Below, in pieces: positions 1 to 13,415 of a stretch of 64,000 bases of DNA. The stretch's first letter is position 1; the number at the start of each line of letters is the position of its first letter. Source of the DNA: Vicugna vicugna (Eukaryota). Under the pieces are notes generated by a model. It made no database searches. It had not been told where the DNA came from and saw nothing but the letters and a program-made list of their open reading frames with translations. A program made the position numbers and the translations under genes. Where the stretch lies: positions 2,852,001 through 2,916,000 of the forward strand of contig MU058221.1 in the NCBI GenBank assembly GCA_013265495.1, given 5' to 3'.

Positions 1-39
1 GTGCTCAAGAAGAATAATAACTACCCAGAAAGATAATTA

Positions 40-720
40 AATACAAACACTGTGCTGTGAGCACTACAGCAATAAACAGCTTATGGTTTGCTCACTGTCC
101 TCGAGAAACCTACAGTCTGGTTGGGAACATATGATATAGACGGGAAGCTAGATAAGCAAGGCAAGAACTCATACTCAGTATGCCAAGTGAACAAGGTAAG
201 GAAATGACCACGGGGTAGGACAAAGGGAGTCAGAACACACTAGGGACTAAAGTATTTGGGAAGGATTAATGGAAGAGAGAAGATTTGGAATGAGTAGGCA
301 ATAATTACACATACTCCACATGAACGAAAGATATGAATGAGTAAATCTGGTGAGGGGATTGCTGGGGTGAGCATTCAAGGGAGAAAGAACAGCATAGTTA
401 AAGGTCTGAAAACGAGGACAGTCACAGGGAGCGTGGGATTCATGATGTGGATTACAGGGAAATAAATGTGGAGATGGAGTATAAGGGTGAACTACGGAGG
501 GTCATGAAGGAATATGACCATTGTCCAGTAGGAGCTGTGGAGTTTTGAAGTGGAATGGTGACACAAACAAAGCAGCAGCTTCATAAGATGAAACTGATAA
601 TGTGGAAGAGGTAAGAGCTGAACGGGGCTGATGTTGGTTAGAAGGGGCACGTGAAATAGAAATGTAAGAAGGAATTGCAGTTACTTTTTGAGTACTAGAT
701 GAGGAGTAAGAATGATTAAA
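40..720 (-). mobile_element. Ancient L2 LINE fragment
   Basis: Purine-rich degenerate sequence with antisense L2 3'-region motifs (gagcattcaagggagaaagaacagcatagttaaaggtctga; gtccagtaggagctgtggagttttgaag). Confidence 0.55.
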
Positions 721-1479
721 GTATATATAACTTATTCAGGGAGACTAATGAGTCAGAAAACTGAAAAATAGCTACAAAGCAGTATATGAACGTGGGCTGG
801 AACAAACTGAATATATGGTATATTGGAGAAGACAGAGAATTGGTTATTAATCCCAAGCAAATGCAGTTACATGGGGTATTTCCTACAAAAGTAGCACCCT
901 GGGATAAAGGAGAATGAATACTCCTGATGGGTGGAAATTAAATAAATCTCAATTCCTTTGACTCTCTGTGCTAGGATGGATGGTTCAAAAGATAAAATCC
1001 TTGTATTCGTCTAAGGACCTAAATTAGCCTCATGAACATAGATTTATCTTCAGAAGATCTGTGGGTTTTTTCTCCATTAAGTGTTGATCAATAAGCAATC
1101 AACTTTGATTTTAGAAGTCAACTTTTTTAACCAGCTGGGTCATGGTTTTAGCTTGTGGAGAAATACGCCATGTAAGTGTCATCGTGAGGGCATGATCATT
1201 TCTGAGTATCAGTTATATGCAGGGCAACTTTCAGACACTTGAGGTGTAAAGATTTATAAAATACTGCATACAGCTGAATCATCAAGCAAAATAAGCATCT
1301 GAAACATTCTGATTTGATAAATTTCAGTCACTAAATTTGCCAGTAGTAAAGTCATTTGATCTCTATCACTGCCTCTTAACCAAACCAAAGAGGTGAGTAC
1401 TTATTCTTCACTTGAAGACTGGAATTTTTTAAGTTAATTAAAGGCAGTGAATTAACTATAGAAGGTTAATAATAATAAT

Positions 1480-2240
1480 AAAATTATAGTGCTGAGATGT
1501 GCCAACAGAAAGTGACAGATGAGGAGGCACCAGGCCCTTGTTCATCCATGGAAACACAAACAACAAAACACTGACTGAAGGAGCTTCGTGGGAACTCTAG
1601 ACACCAGTTACAGATTTGTAGTAGCCATACAAATGTTGAACCAAGAAAAAGCCACACTCATTATGGAAGAAAATTTGCGGGTGTTTTTGTTCCCCATATC
1701 TTGCCTCTTCCCTAGCACAGCATGGTCTGGAGGAAGGGTCCAACCCCTGGTTCCTCCAATGCAAATGAAAGAAAAGAGTCAAGATTGTTGGCATTGTTGT
1801 GCCCTGTCTGGGGCTTCCTAAAGGATGGATTTCTGTTTTGCTTAATAAGAAGCTGTGATGGAAATGGTAGCGTTGTTTGGATGTCAAACTGGAGGCCACT
1901 GAAAGCACTGGCAGGCACCATGGCACCTAAGAGCTATAGAGGGGCTGCAAATCTCTGAGCTCCTGGAGGCAAGAAATTGTGGGCAGAGGAATACAATGGA
2001 GCGTCTGAGACCCTGAGAAACAGCAGAGGTGAGAGTCTTAGGGAATATAAGACATTTAAAGGCAGCCATGTAAATGGGAATACTGGGGCAAAAAAAGCAC
2101 ACACACACACACACACACACACACAGGCCCTTGACACAGGCATGCTTAGAAAGGCCTTTATGCCAGGTTGATCAGCGAAAGCCTTCCCCTTCACAGAGCC
2201 AGTCTGTAAAGACTGGGAGAGGTGGCTATTTTTCCAAATA
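1480..2240 (+). mobile_element. Old L1 (L1M/L1MB-type) 5' UTR region
   Basis: Ends in cagtctgtaaagactgggagaggtggctatttttccaaat, a motif typical of old eutherian L1M 5' ends. Directly abuts L1 ORF2 sequence. Confidence 0.6.
2098..2125 (+). repeat. (CA)n microsatellite
   Basis: About 14 CA units visible. Confidence 0.95.
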
Positions 2241-3056
2241 TTCAGCTATGTGTTGTCTAGAAGTGACTCACATTAGCTCTAAAGAAACACATAGGTTGAA
2301 AGTGAAAAGATGGGGAAAATATTCCATGTAAATAATAATCAGAAGAGAGTAAGTGGAGCTTTCTTACACATTTTGTCAAAGCTGTTACTAGATATGAAGA
2401 AAGACACTAGATAATGATAAAAAAAAAGTCAGTGGATCAAGAAAATATAATTGTAAACATCTATTCACCAAACATCAAAGCTCCTAAATACATAAGGTGA
2501 ACATTGACAGAATTAAAGTGAGAAATAGTTTTTGAATAATAGTTGGAAATGTCAATACCCTACTTTCAATAGTGAGTAGAAGAGTTAGACAGAGGGTTAA
2601 TAAAGAAATAGAAAATTTAAGCAACACTATTAGACTAATTAATCCTGATACACATATACAGAACACCCTATCCAACAACAAAAGTGTTTTCTCAAGGGCA
2701 CATGGAAGATTCTCCAGGATAGAAAACACGTTAGACATATAACAAGGTTTAATAAACTTTCAAAGACTGAAATTACACAAATTATCTTTGATACAATGAA
2801 ATAAAACCAGAATCAATAGCAGAAGACCTGAAAAATCCTCAACTATGCTGGAAATCAAATACTCTTAAATAAGCAATGGATTAAAGAAAAAAATCACAAG
2901 GGAAATTTTAAAATATTTTGAGACAAATAAAAATAAAAATGCAAGATAACAAAATTTATGGGATGCAGGGAAAGCAGTGCCAAGGGAGAAATTTATAGCT
3001 GAAAATGCCTACAGTAAAAAAAGTCTCATATCACCAACCTAAACCTACACCTCACT
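2240..3056 (+). mobile_element. L1 ORF2 endonuclease region, host element part 1 (decayed)
   Basis: Translates to CCLEVTH..KETHRLKVKRWGK, and includes GNVNTLLS- and HGRFSRIE-like L1 EN motifs, with stops and frameshifts. Confidence 0.92.
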
Positions 3057-5370
3057 TAATTTCATAGAGATAGAGGAAAATCAGCAAAATGCAAAGAAAA
3101 TGGAATTTGTCTCAATTGAAAACAACTAATGAAACAAATAAAATACCGGATAAAGATTTCAAACCATTAGTCATAAGATTGCTCACTGAGTTAGGGAAAA
3201 CAGTCGATGAACACAGTGACAACTGTAACAAGGAACTAGAAAAAATAAAAGAACCAGTCAGAAGTGAAGAAGACTACAGTAACTGAAACGAAAAACTCAC
3301 CCTAAAAAGAATGAACAGCAGATTGGTGGTTCAGAAGAGTGAATCAGTGATCTGGAAGACAGAATAATGGAAATCACCCCATCAGGACAGAAAAAGACAC
3401 TCTAATTAAAAAAATAAAATAAAAACGGTTTAAAGGATCTTTGCGGTAACATTCAGCATGCCAACATTTGCATTGTATAGGGGTCCCAGAAGGAGAAGGG
3501 AGAAAGAAGGGGCAGAAAGTATATATAATAAAACTATGGCTGACAAATCCCTAAGCCTGAAGAAGGAAAAAAGCACAGAAAGCAGAGAAGTTCCCAAGCA
3601 GGTGAACCAAAGAGACCCACACCAAGTCGCACCATAATTAAAATGGCAAAAGTTAAAGAGAGAATTCTAAAGGCAGCAAGAAGGAACACAGATTCACATA
3701 TAAGGGAAGGTCCAAGTTGCTGTCAGCTGATTTTTCTGCAGAAACTTTGCAGGTCAGAAGGGAGCGACATGATACATTTAAAGCTCTGAAAGGGAAAAAT
3801 CTGCAGCCTGGGATGCTCTACCCAGCAAGACTACAATTTAGAATTGAAGGAGAAATAAAGAACTTCTCAGACAAGCAAAAATTGAAAGCATCCATCAATG
3901 CTAACTAACCCTAAAAGAAATGCTGAAGGGTCTTCTCTAAGTGGAAACAAAAAGGCTGTAACAGAAGTATCAGTCGGAAAGAAAAAAAAATCCCACTAGT
4001 AAAGGTAGATATAATAAAAACTGAGGATCAACCACTGAAATAAACCAGTAAAAGGATTAAAAGAAAAAATTCATAAAATCAAATGTAATTATAACAATCA
4101 GTAAAGCGATAAAAATGAAGATGTAAAATATGACATCATAAACAAAAGTATGGGGTAAGGGAGCAAAAAGGTAGATCTTTTAGAATGCGGTTGAACTTAA
4201 AAGATTACCTATTTAAAACAAGTAGATATAGTGGTGGCTCACAGTGAAAAAAAAATGTGACAATGAATATATGTATGTTCACGTATAACTGAAAAATTGT
4301 GCTCTACACTGGCATTTGACACAACATTGTAAAATGACTATAACTCAATAAACAAATGTTAAAAAAATAAGAAAATAATACAAGTAGATATTATTATAGG
4401 TTAACATATATGAACCCCATGGTAACCACAAATCAAAAACCTACAGTAGACACACAAAAACTAGAAAGGAACACAAGCACACTACTAAAGAAAATCATTA
4501 AACCACAGGGGAAGAAACTAAAAGAAGGAAAGAACAGAGAAGAACTATGAAAACACCCTGAAAACAAGTAATAAAATGGCAATAAGTACATAACTATCCA
4601 TAATTACTTTAAACATCAATGAACTAAGTGCTCCAATCAAAAAAACCTAGGGTAGCTAACGGGCAAAAAACAAAACAAAACAAAAACCTGAGATGGTCTA
4701 TATGCTGCTTATAAGAGACTCACTTAAGAGCTAAAGATACACAAAGACCGAAAGTAAGGGGACAGAAAAGATATTTCACGCAAACAGAAATGATAAGAAA
4801 GCAGGGTAGCAATGCATTCCAAGGATGCAGGGATGGCTCAGTATCCACAAATCAATCAATGTGATACACCACACGGACAAAAAGAAGGATAAAAGTCACA
4901 TGATCACCTCAACAGATGCAGTAATAAACAGATGACAAAATTTAACATCCATTCATGACAAAAGCTCTCATCAAAGCTGGTATAGAGCATTACACTTAGT
5001 CAAAACAGAAAGACAAATACTGTATGTCATCGCTTGTATGCGGAACTTAAAAAATAAAATAAATGAATGAATATAACAAAACAGAAACAAACTCACAGAT
5101 ACAGAGAACTACTGGTTACCAGTTGGGAAAGGGAGGGGAAGAGGGATGTGATAGGGGTAGCGTATTAAGAGACACAAATTACTATGTATAAAATAAGTAA
5201 GCAAAAAAGATACATTGTGTAGCACAGGGAAATATAGCCATTATTATGTAATAACTTTAAATGTTATAGTCTATAAAATGAAATATAATCTATAAAAATA
5301 TTGGATCAATATTTTGTATAACCAAAACTAATATAATATCCTTAATCAACTATATTTCAATATAAAAAAG
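3057..5370 (+). mobile_element. Second L1 nested in host: ORF1, inter-ORF, ORF2 start, RT fragment, 3' UTR (internally deleted)
   Basis: ORF1 peptides 3089-3286 and 3717-3908 (LSADFSAETLQ..YPARL.F..EGEIK.F.DKQKL). ORF2 ATG at 4576 (MAIST..IITLN). RT fragment 4815-4990. 3' UTR with A-tail ending about 5370. Confidence 0.9.
4230..4379 (+). mobile_element. Camelid-type L1 3' terminal fragment nested in L1 inter-ORF
   Basis: L1 3' end plus A-rich tail. TSD acaagtagatat at 4218-4229 and 4380-4391, at a TT/AAAA-type site. Confidence 0.9.
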
Positions 5371-7125
5371 AGTACTGGAAAAACTGTACACCAATGGATT
5401 GGATAACTTAGATGAGATGGATAATGTCCTAAAAACACACTTCCTAAGAATACTGAATCATGAGGAAATTGAAAATCTGAGCAGATCTAAAACCAATAAA
5501 GAGATTGAATCAGTAATCAAAAAAAATCCCAATAAAGGACAGCCCAGGGTCACATGGCTTCACTGGTGAATTCTACCAAATATTTAAAGACAAGTTAATA
5601 CCAATCCTCCTCAAACTCTTCCAACATATTGAAAAGTTAGGAAAACATCTACACGCATTCTGTGAGGCCAGAATTACCCTGATACTAAAGCCAGAGAAAG
5701 GTGCTCCAAGATAAAGCTACAGACCAATATCCCCGATGAATACTGACACAAAAATCACCCACAAAATTCTAGCAAACAGATTTCAATAGCACATTAGAAC
5801 GACAACATACCATGACTAAGTGGGATTTATTCCAGGTCTGCAAGAATGTTGCAGCATATGAAAATCCATCAGTGTGATACACCATATTAACAGAATGAAA
5901 TTTAAAAAAAACCCGTAAATGATTGTATTAAGAATCGGCATTTGACAAAATTCAATACTCTCATGATAAAAACACTGAAAAGGCTAGGAATAGAAAGAAA
6001 TCACCTCAAAATATTAAACAACATAAATGAAAAGCCCACAGTTAATGTCTTAGCAATGGTCATAAAAAAGCTTTTTCTCTAAGGAAGAAGACTCAGATGT
6101 CAATGTTTACCTTTTTCTCTACAACATAGTATTTGAAGTCTTAGAGCAATTAGGCAAGAAAAATAAATGGAAAGTATCCAAATTGGAAATGAAGAAATCA
6201 TATATATTTTATCTGTGTAAAGGGGAAACGTTCTCATATGTAGACAATCCTAAAGATCCCCCCTCCAACGTTTAAAATTATTGAACAAATTCAGCAAAGT
6301 TGCAGGATACAAAATCAGCATACAAAAATGTGTTGCTTTTCTACACGCTAGCAATGAACAATAGTAAAAAAAAAGAACTTAAGAAACAATTTCATTTACA
6401 ATAGCAGCAAAAAGAAAATACTTGGGAATAAACTTAAACAAGGAAACAAAAGACTTGTGCATTGAAAACTACACAACATCATTGAGAAAAAAATTGAAGA
6501 TGACATAAATGAATGGAAACACATTTAGTGTTCATGGATTAGAGGAGTTAACATTGTTAAGATGTTGATAACGACCTAAGGTGATCTACAGATCCAATGC
6601 AATTACTATCAAAATCTCAGTATCCTTATTTGCAGAAATAGAAAAATCCACCCCCAATTTCATATACACTCTCAAAGGGCCCTAGAGCAGCCAAAACAAT
6701 CCTGAAAAGAACAAAGTCAAGGGCCTCACACTCCTTGATTTCAAAACTTATTACAGAGCTACAGTCATCAAAACACTGTGATACTGGCATGAAGATGGAC
6801 ATACAGACAATAAAAATTGAATAGAGAATTCAGAAGAAAAACCCTCACATATAAAGTCAAATGATTTTCAGCTAGGATGCCAAGACCATTAAATGGGGAA
6901 AGGACAGTTTTTTTTTTTTTCAACAAATGATCCTGGGGGAAAATGAATATCCACATGCAAAAGAAAGAATTGAGATTCTTATATTATACTACATATAAAA
7001 ATTAACTGAACATAAATCAAAGGCAAAAAACCAAAACTATAAAAATCTTACAAGAAACATAGGGGAAATCTTCATACTGTTGGATTTTACAATGACTTGA
7101 ATATGACACCAAGAGCAAAGGCATT
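5371..7125 (+). mobile_element. L1 ORF2 RT region, host element part 2 (decayed)
   Basis: Continuous similarity to L1 ORF2 (ccagggtcacatggcttcactggtgaattctacc; tacagaccaatatccccgatgaa; aaattcagcaaagttgcaggatacaaaatc). Confidence 0.93.
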
Positions 7126-7244
7126 CTTACTTGGAATCAGGGAAGGCCTCGGGTCAAGGGAAAGCTGTGTGTCCTTGAAGCAGGTCTCCATCAGCAAAAA
7201 GAAGAGAATACAAACTCATAATGAGCCCCAGAGTGGTGGATAAA

Positions 7245-7718
7245 TCAGAATGTCCATCGACACAGGACTAGATAAAGAAGCTGTGGTATATTTATACAAT
7301 GGAATACTACTCAGCCATAAAAAAGAATGAAATAATGCCATTTGCAGCAACATGGATGGACCAAGAGATCATCATTCTAAGTGAAGTTAGCCAGAAAGAG
7401 AAATAAAAATACCATATGGCATCACTCATATGTGGAATATAAAAAAAATGAAAAAAGAGGACACTAATGAACTCACCTACAAAACAGAAACAGACTTGCA
7501 GACATAGTAAATACTCTTATGATTACCAGGGGAAAGGGGGTGGGAAGAGATAAATTTGAGAGTTTGAGATTTGCAAATGTTAGCCACTATGTATAAAACG
7601 AGATTAAAAAACAAATTTCGTCTGTATAGCTCAGGGAACTATATTCAATATCTTGTAATAATCTTTAATGAAAAAGAATATGAAAAGGAATATATGTTTG
7701 TATATGAATGACTAGGGT
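7245..7718 (+). mobile_element. Camelid-type L1 ORF2 C-terminus and 3' UTR, 3'-truncated
   Basis: atggaatactactcagccataaaaaagaatgaaataatgccatttgcagcaacatggatg followed by the G-rich 3' UTR. No poly(A) tail. Confidence 0.92.
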
Positions 7719-9859
7719 AATTATCTGATTCAATTTATAATTGAAAATTATTTTCCAAGGTCCAGTCACCTCCTGCGTGGGTCAAGCAGGCAGGTTTAAA
7801 GAGGATGTGTTAAGACTCACCACCCCTGCCCCTTTCCAGTTTGTAACGGTGATCCTATTTTCTTTAACTTTTTTCAACATTGCATTTTTGACTTGGATTT
7901 AGTGTTTTGGAATGGAGGGGAAACCCCTTGCATTCCACCTGGTCCTTTTTTATTTGCTCCAGTATGCCCCACATTCATTGATCCGTGAACCTATGTGGCA
8001 ATTCAATTGTAGGATGTGTTTGTACCCACTGTGCATTAAAAGTTGGAGGGAAAAAATCATATAGTGGGTTGCAGAAACACCGTACTCATTCAGAGCTACT
8101 TTTAGGCCAAATTTCCATTTTTTACTAGATCTTCATTGAGCCTGACCCTTGCCAGAGGAGCATGGTATCATTTCAGGTCTCCACCATTAGCATCAGCCAA
8201 GAGTTGGTGACTAACAGTTCTTGAAATATCTGAAAATTTCACTTTGGCCAGTGCTCAGATAGCCTCCTTAAGGCACAGATGTCTTTTGAGAGACTTTTGA
8301 GGATGATCAACAGTATATAGTTGTGGCACTGTCTTACGTTCCTTCCTCCGGGATCCTCGCTATGTCTTCATTGAGAGGAATCCAAGTCTGAAATGACTTT
8401 GCTCTGGGAACAAGCTGAGAAGTGTGACACCCCATTGTGTAAATTCACGTCTTGTCTCTATTTACCAGATCTAAAGGTTTGTGGGGTTTTTTTTCCTTCT
8501 GATTTTATAGATCAAATAATACTTTGGTAGGAGATCTGTCTATTTTATGCCTAGGGACACCATGATAAGTTAGCCAACATAAAATATCTCAAGGTGATGC
8601 TCACTCACTCAGACCCTGTCCCACCTTACAGCAATTGCAATCACCTTATATCTGACAATTAAGCAGGGAGCCAGGATCTCCGCCAGCGTGCTATTCCATT
8701 ATTCCCACTGAAATCAGGAAGCCTATTTCAATATTGCCATCCTTAATTATCATCCCAGCATATGGAGGAAAGCCAGCACTAAGCTTTATAAGGACGCTGG
8801 TGTGTTTCTCTCATGGATGCGCCTTCGGTTGTCTTAGTGAAATGAATCTCCTTCTGGGCTATCAGGGGACATGCTGGAGAATGAGGGGAGAGAGGGCGGA
8901 CAGGTTGCTCCATGAAAAATCAATGGCAATATTTCTGTCTCTTTACATGTTAGGATTCCTTCCTTCTATCTGTTCTCTCTGTCGACTCTGGTATCTAAAT
9001 TTCATAGACAGTAAGTTACCACTGACTTGAAGCTTTTTTCAACCAACCAAGAAAACTGTTAGAACTGTTTTGGACTCTTTAGGCTAATACATTGAGCCCA
9101 CCATCTCCAGTAAGTACATACATCCTTGTCAACATTATAGCTCAAATCTAACATTATTCTTTTCCTCTTTGGTGGACTATTCTTAAAATTGATTTTTGCA
9201 CATTATATCATATGTTTTTCTTTATACAACTTAGCAAAAACACTGCAGTTCTTTAAGTGCATAAACCATCTTCTCCAGGTTAAATTCCACCCCGTCTTTT
9301 TTTCCCCTTGAAGCACAGTGGGGTCTGACCCCAGTCGGTCTAGGCAAAGTCAGGATTAGTTATGAAAAGAGTCAGCATCTCCTTCGGAGAGAGCTGCCTC
9401 AGGTGAGGTGACTACAGGGAGGCTGGTTTCATCAGAAAGAAAAGGAAAGATGAGCTCCTCTGAAAAGTGGGGCTCAAGGGGGTTCAGGGACACAAGCTTG
9501 TTGAGTTTATCTAAGTGCAACTAAGTATCTTGACTTCAAATATCAGGTCCCTTTTCTGGTCATCCAGCACACTAAACACGAGAGGTTTGGTAAAGATGTC
9601 AATTCAATCTAAATCACAGGAACAATTTCAGTTCTTATTTTCAACAATATCAATTCTATCTATAAAAGAAAAAAATTATCATTTGGGGATCATTATAGAA
9701 TATATCCAGTTCTGTATCTTGAGAATTTATGGCCCTGGACCTGTCATTTCTTTCTGTAATTTCTCCAATATGGTAAGAAATGTCCAGTTAGTCACATGGT
9801 CCTTTTTGTAATCGTTACTACTCTCATGGTCAAGTGCCTTTGCCTTACCTTTGTTCGTT

Positions 9860-10060
9860 TTTTTAATTTAAAAAATTTTAGCTTTATTGAGGTATAATTA
9901 ACAAATTTAAAATGTATGTATTTAAGTTATACAATGTGATGGTTTGATATAATGTACATTGTGAAATGATGGCCACAACCAAGTTAATTCACACATTTAT
10001 CACCTCATATAGTTACCTTTTTCCCCAGTGTGCTGAGAACACTTAAGATCTGCTCTCTTA
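9860..10060 (-). mobile_element. L1MA/L1MB-type 3' end
   Basis: agctttattgaggtataatt...tacaatgtgatg..tgtgaaatgat..aagttaatt..cacctcatatagttacc, the antisense L1 3' terminus. Confidence 0.85.
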
Positions 10061-12042
10061 CCTTCAAGTTGTGCTTTATTTCAAGCCACCACTGATGATA
10101 ACTTAAGTACTTGGAATGCCATGACTGCCTTTGGATTCTCAAAAACCCCATTTACCGATGTCAGTGAAGTCACTTCTACTTACAAATCCAGTGAGATAAG
10201 GTAACCAATCCCACTTTCCAATATGTGAGAGTCAGTCATCTGGCACCATCCCAGTTTCAGTTTGGATCCAAGCAGGAAAATATGTTCATATATTCTATAG
10301 TACGAAGAGGATCGTTCATGTCAACCATCGTTTACAAATACGTTGGAAGGTACAAAATAAGGGGGAAAGAAGAGGAGAAAAATAATCTCTCTAGATCAAG
10401 TGATACAGTCACCGGGTCGCCACCTGTAAGCCTCGCTGTTGGAGCTGCAAGAATCACTGTCACGCTGCTGCGACCTCAGGCTCCCATGCGCTCCCCGCAG
10501 GATGAGGTCAGACGGCTTAGGAGCCCGGAGCAGAAGCCTCTCCCCGCCTCCTGCCTTCTCACCCCCTAGAGGTGTGTCCCACAAGAAGTGAGGGCTTAAG
10601 AGTCTGGGAAATGTACTTTTCAATACCCCAGTCTCCACAGTTCAGGTCAGAGTTTAGAAGAGTAGGTGTGAGGCTGAGCCACAAGCATTGAATAATTGAC
10701 AGATTTAAGCCTTAAATACGTGATTTAACAGAATAGAGCTTATTATTAGAATGTGAAGTCAAAGGATATGATTTTCTGTAGGACATACGGATTAAGAATG
10801 TTAGCTCTCAGACCGATGGGTTAAAGTTCTGATGACCTTATACATCTAGTTTGTGACGTCCAACTTGATATTATAAAGAATGTTGTTGTTAACAGCAGGG
10901 TGTATATATCCTCTCGAATTAATTCTTATTTTGTGGTTGGCTTTATTCCTTTGACAACTATGTAAGTTTAAAAACCTAAAGCTCTAAACGTTCTTAGGAA
11001 CAATGCACAGTACACATATGTAAATTTTTAAAAACATGTGCAGTATATTGTGTATATGTATTTACATGCCATATATTGTATATGTGCTGTCACACTGTAA
11101 CAATTCTACCTAATAAAACAGAAAAATTTTAAAAATACTCTTTGAAGAATGAAAGAAAAACTGAAATTAATTTCTAAATAGTAGATAAAGGAAAAAAATT
11201 ATGAAGTATTAATGTCCATCCTCCTCTACAGGTTTGTAATCCTTCCAGATAGTCTACACGCTAATAAAATTCGGTCCAATGCAGGTGGCAAGCCTCCAAC
11301 ACACAGTCATTGGCACAGTTGTCACAAAAGCTGATACGGATGTCTAACAGCCACACCAAAGCTGGGAATTACCAAAGTTCTGTCATCATAAGCAGCATGA
11401 CTTTCTTTCCTTGAAGAGAGAGTGAAAATCACAGAAATGGTGCATTCCAAATGTGGACTTTCTCAAGAACTGTAAAGATCGTACATCTGAAAACCCAGAG
11501 TGCGAGGAACAGAAGTAATGCCCCTTGGCGGAGAATACGATGGGCTCATTTTGATCCAGACATTGCCACTCTGGTATCCTTCGCTGGATTTTTATTTAAT
11601 TTAGCCCTTACAGCTTCCTTTGAAGTCATGTTTGCTCAGCTCAGGGATCCTGCGAGCAGCAATGCCTGATCATTAGCGGTCTTTTTAGGGCTGTCTCACA
11701 ACAGTGTGGGTCTCTGAGCTTGTCTGTTTCCATTTGTAAGTCAATTCCTGCCTCCACATCAGTCAACAAGTAATTTCTTCTTTTTCTTCCACGGACCCTG
11801 TGGGGAAAAAAGAAAGAGGCAAAATTGCCTGCACTTAAAACAGGGTAGTCAGGCAGAAAAAAAGAAATGCTGTTTCACTTACTCTCTTTCGCCCTGGCCA
11901 AGATCTTGTGGGAAATTCAGCTCTGATTGAAAGAATTTAGGTAAAAACACAGTAACAGAAACAAAACTATACACTACGCACATCCAATCACAAGGAAACA
12001 TAACAAGTTTATACATGTCGTGCAACACGTTACCTTAAAAAA

Positions 12043-12084
12043 TGTGTGTGTGCGTCCGTGCGTGCGTGAGTGCGTGTGTGTGTG
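12043..12084 (+). repeat. Imperfect (TG/CG)n microsatellite
   Basis: tgtgtgtgtgcgtccgtgcgtgcgtgagtgcgtgtgtgtgtg. Confidence 0.85.
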
Positions 12085-13064
12085 AAACAATGTATTTCTC
12101 ACTTTCCTACATGGAGCTCATAGGAAACCCAGAGGAAATTTGCCCCTTTTAAATAAACAAACAAAAAGCTGTTTGTCATACCCTTGATGGCTTCCAGATC
12201 ATTGAAAAAAAAAAAGGATTTTTAAGTCAACACATCAGGTTCCTAAAGTAGAATTTTAAAAGTTCGTTCATATTAGAGTGGGCTTGAACCTTGGGGCACA
12301 AAGGCCCGTAATTCCTCTCATGTCCACCTCTGCACAGTTGCCAGGCTGTGAAGACATGCCATGGCTTTATGGAATTTACGAAGAAAGAAATAGAACCTTA
12401 GAGAATTCTTAGACCTCTGGGAGAAAAGTACTACAGAGAAAAATTCAGAAGGAACTCTGTGCTGAACAAGACATTCCTCTAGGTGGTTAGACGGGGCATT
12501 AGAGTATGTTTAGAAACTTAAGTTATGAACAGTCATCTGCTGCTGAATTCTTATAAGACGAGCCCACATGCCCAGTGTCATTGGTTTTGGCTTTGGTGAT
12601 GGCAATGCTTGTGCTGAAGGGGCAGAGAACTCGTGGTTTCTGCTGCTGAGTGAAGGGAAGTGTAGCTCGGAAGTGGTAGGCTGGAAAATGCTTAACAACT
12701 AACTCACTGTCTGGAAAAAAACAAAAACACGGTTTGTAGCGTTTGCTCATGTCCTCGGCACAAACGCTCCCATCCTGGCTGATTTCAAGCTGCCACGCAA
12801 CGCCACCGAAAGCAGCCTTGAGAAGAGAATCACGCCATCGGCTTTTGTGAGTCAGCATGAGCTAGCGCCGGTGCCCTACTGGGGCCTGGTCAGGGAGGGG
12901 CTGGACTGGGTTGAAAGTCACCTGGAAAGGCCAAAACAAAAACAAAACAAACCCCAAATCCCAGCGACAACAGAAAACGCTCTCGGCGATACTCCCGCCC
13001 CGCCCCGCCCCTGCTGCAGAGCGGAAGCCAGCTTTCCGCCTGAGCCCAGTGGCTTTCCTTTCTT

Positions 13065-13415
13065 CTGGCCGACCGGCGCGTGTGCTGCCCCCATGCACAC
13101 AGGTTAAGCCCTAACGCCCAGTGTGAGGGTGTAGACGGCGGGGGCCTTTGGGAAATGATTCGATCATAAGATTAGGGCCCTTTAAAAAGGGACCCACTGA
13201 GCTTCCTGGTTGTCCCTTCCACCATATGAAGATACAACACAGCAAAACATGGCCGTCTTTTAGAACCAGGAGGCGGGCCTTCGCCAGACACAAACTCTGC
13301 TGGGAACTGGACCTTGGATTTCCCAGCCTCCAGACCCACGAGAAACACACTGCTGTTGTCTCCAAGCCGCCCAGTTTACCACATGTTGTTACAGCAGCCC
13401 AAACAGATGGAGACA
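13065..13415 (+). mobile_element. MaLR solo LTR, MLT1A-like
   Basis: aagccctaacgcccagtgtga..ggggcctttggga..ttggatttcccagcctccaga..ttgttacagcagcccaaacagatggagaca. Confidence 0.88.

Noticed and set aside
3089..3908. ORF1-like reading frames as host genes
   Set aside because: Fragmented L1 ORF1 with stops and frameshifts, not a domesticated gene.
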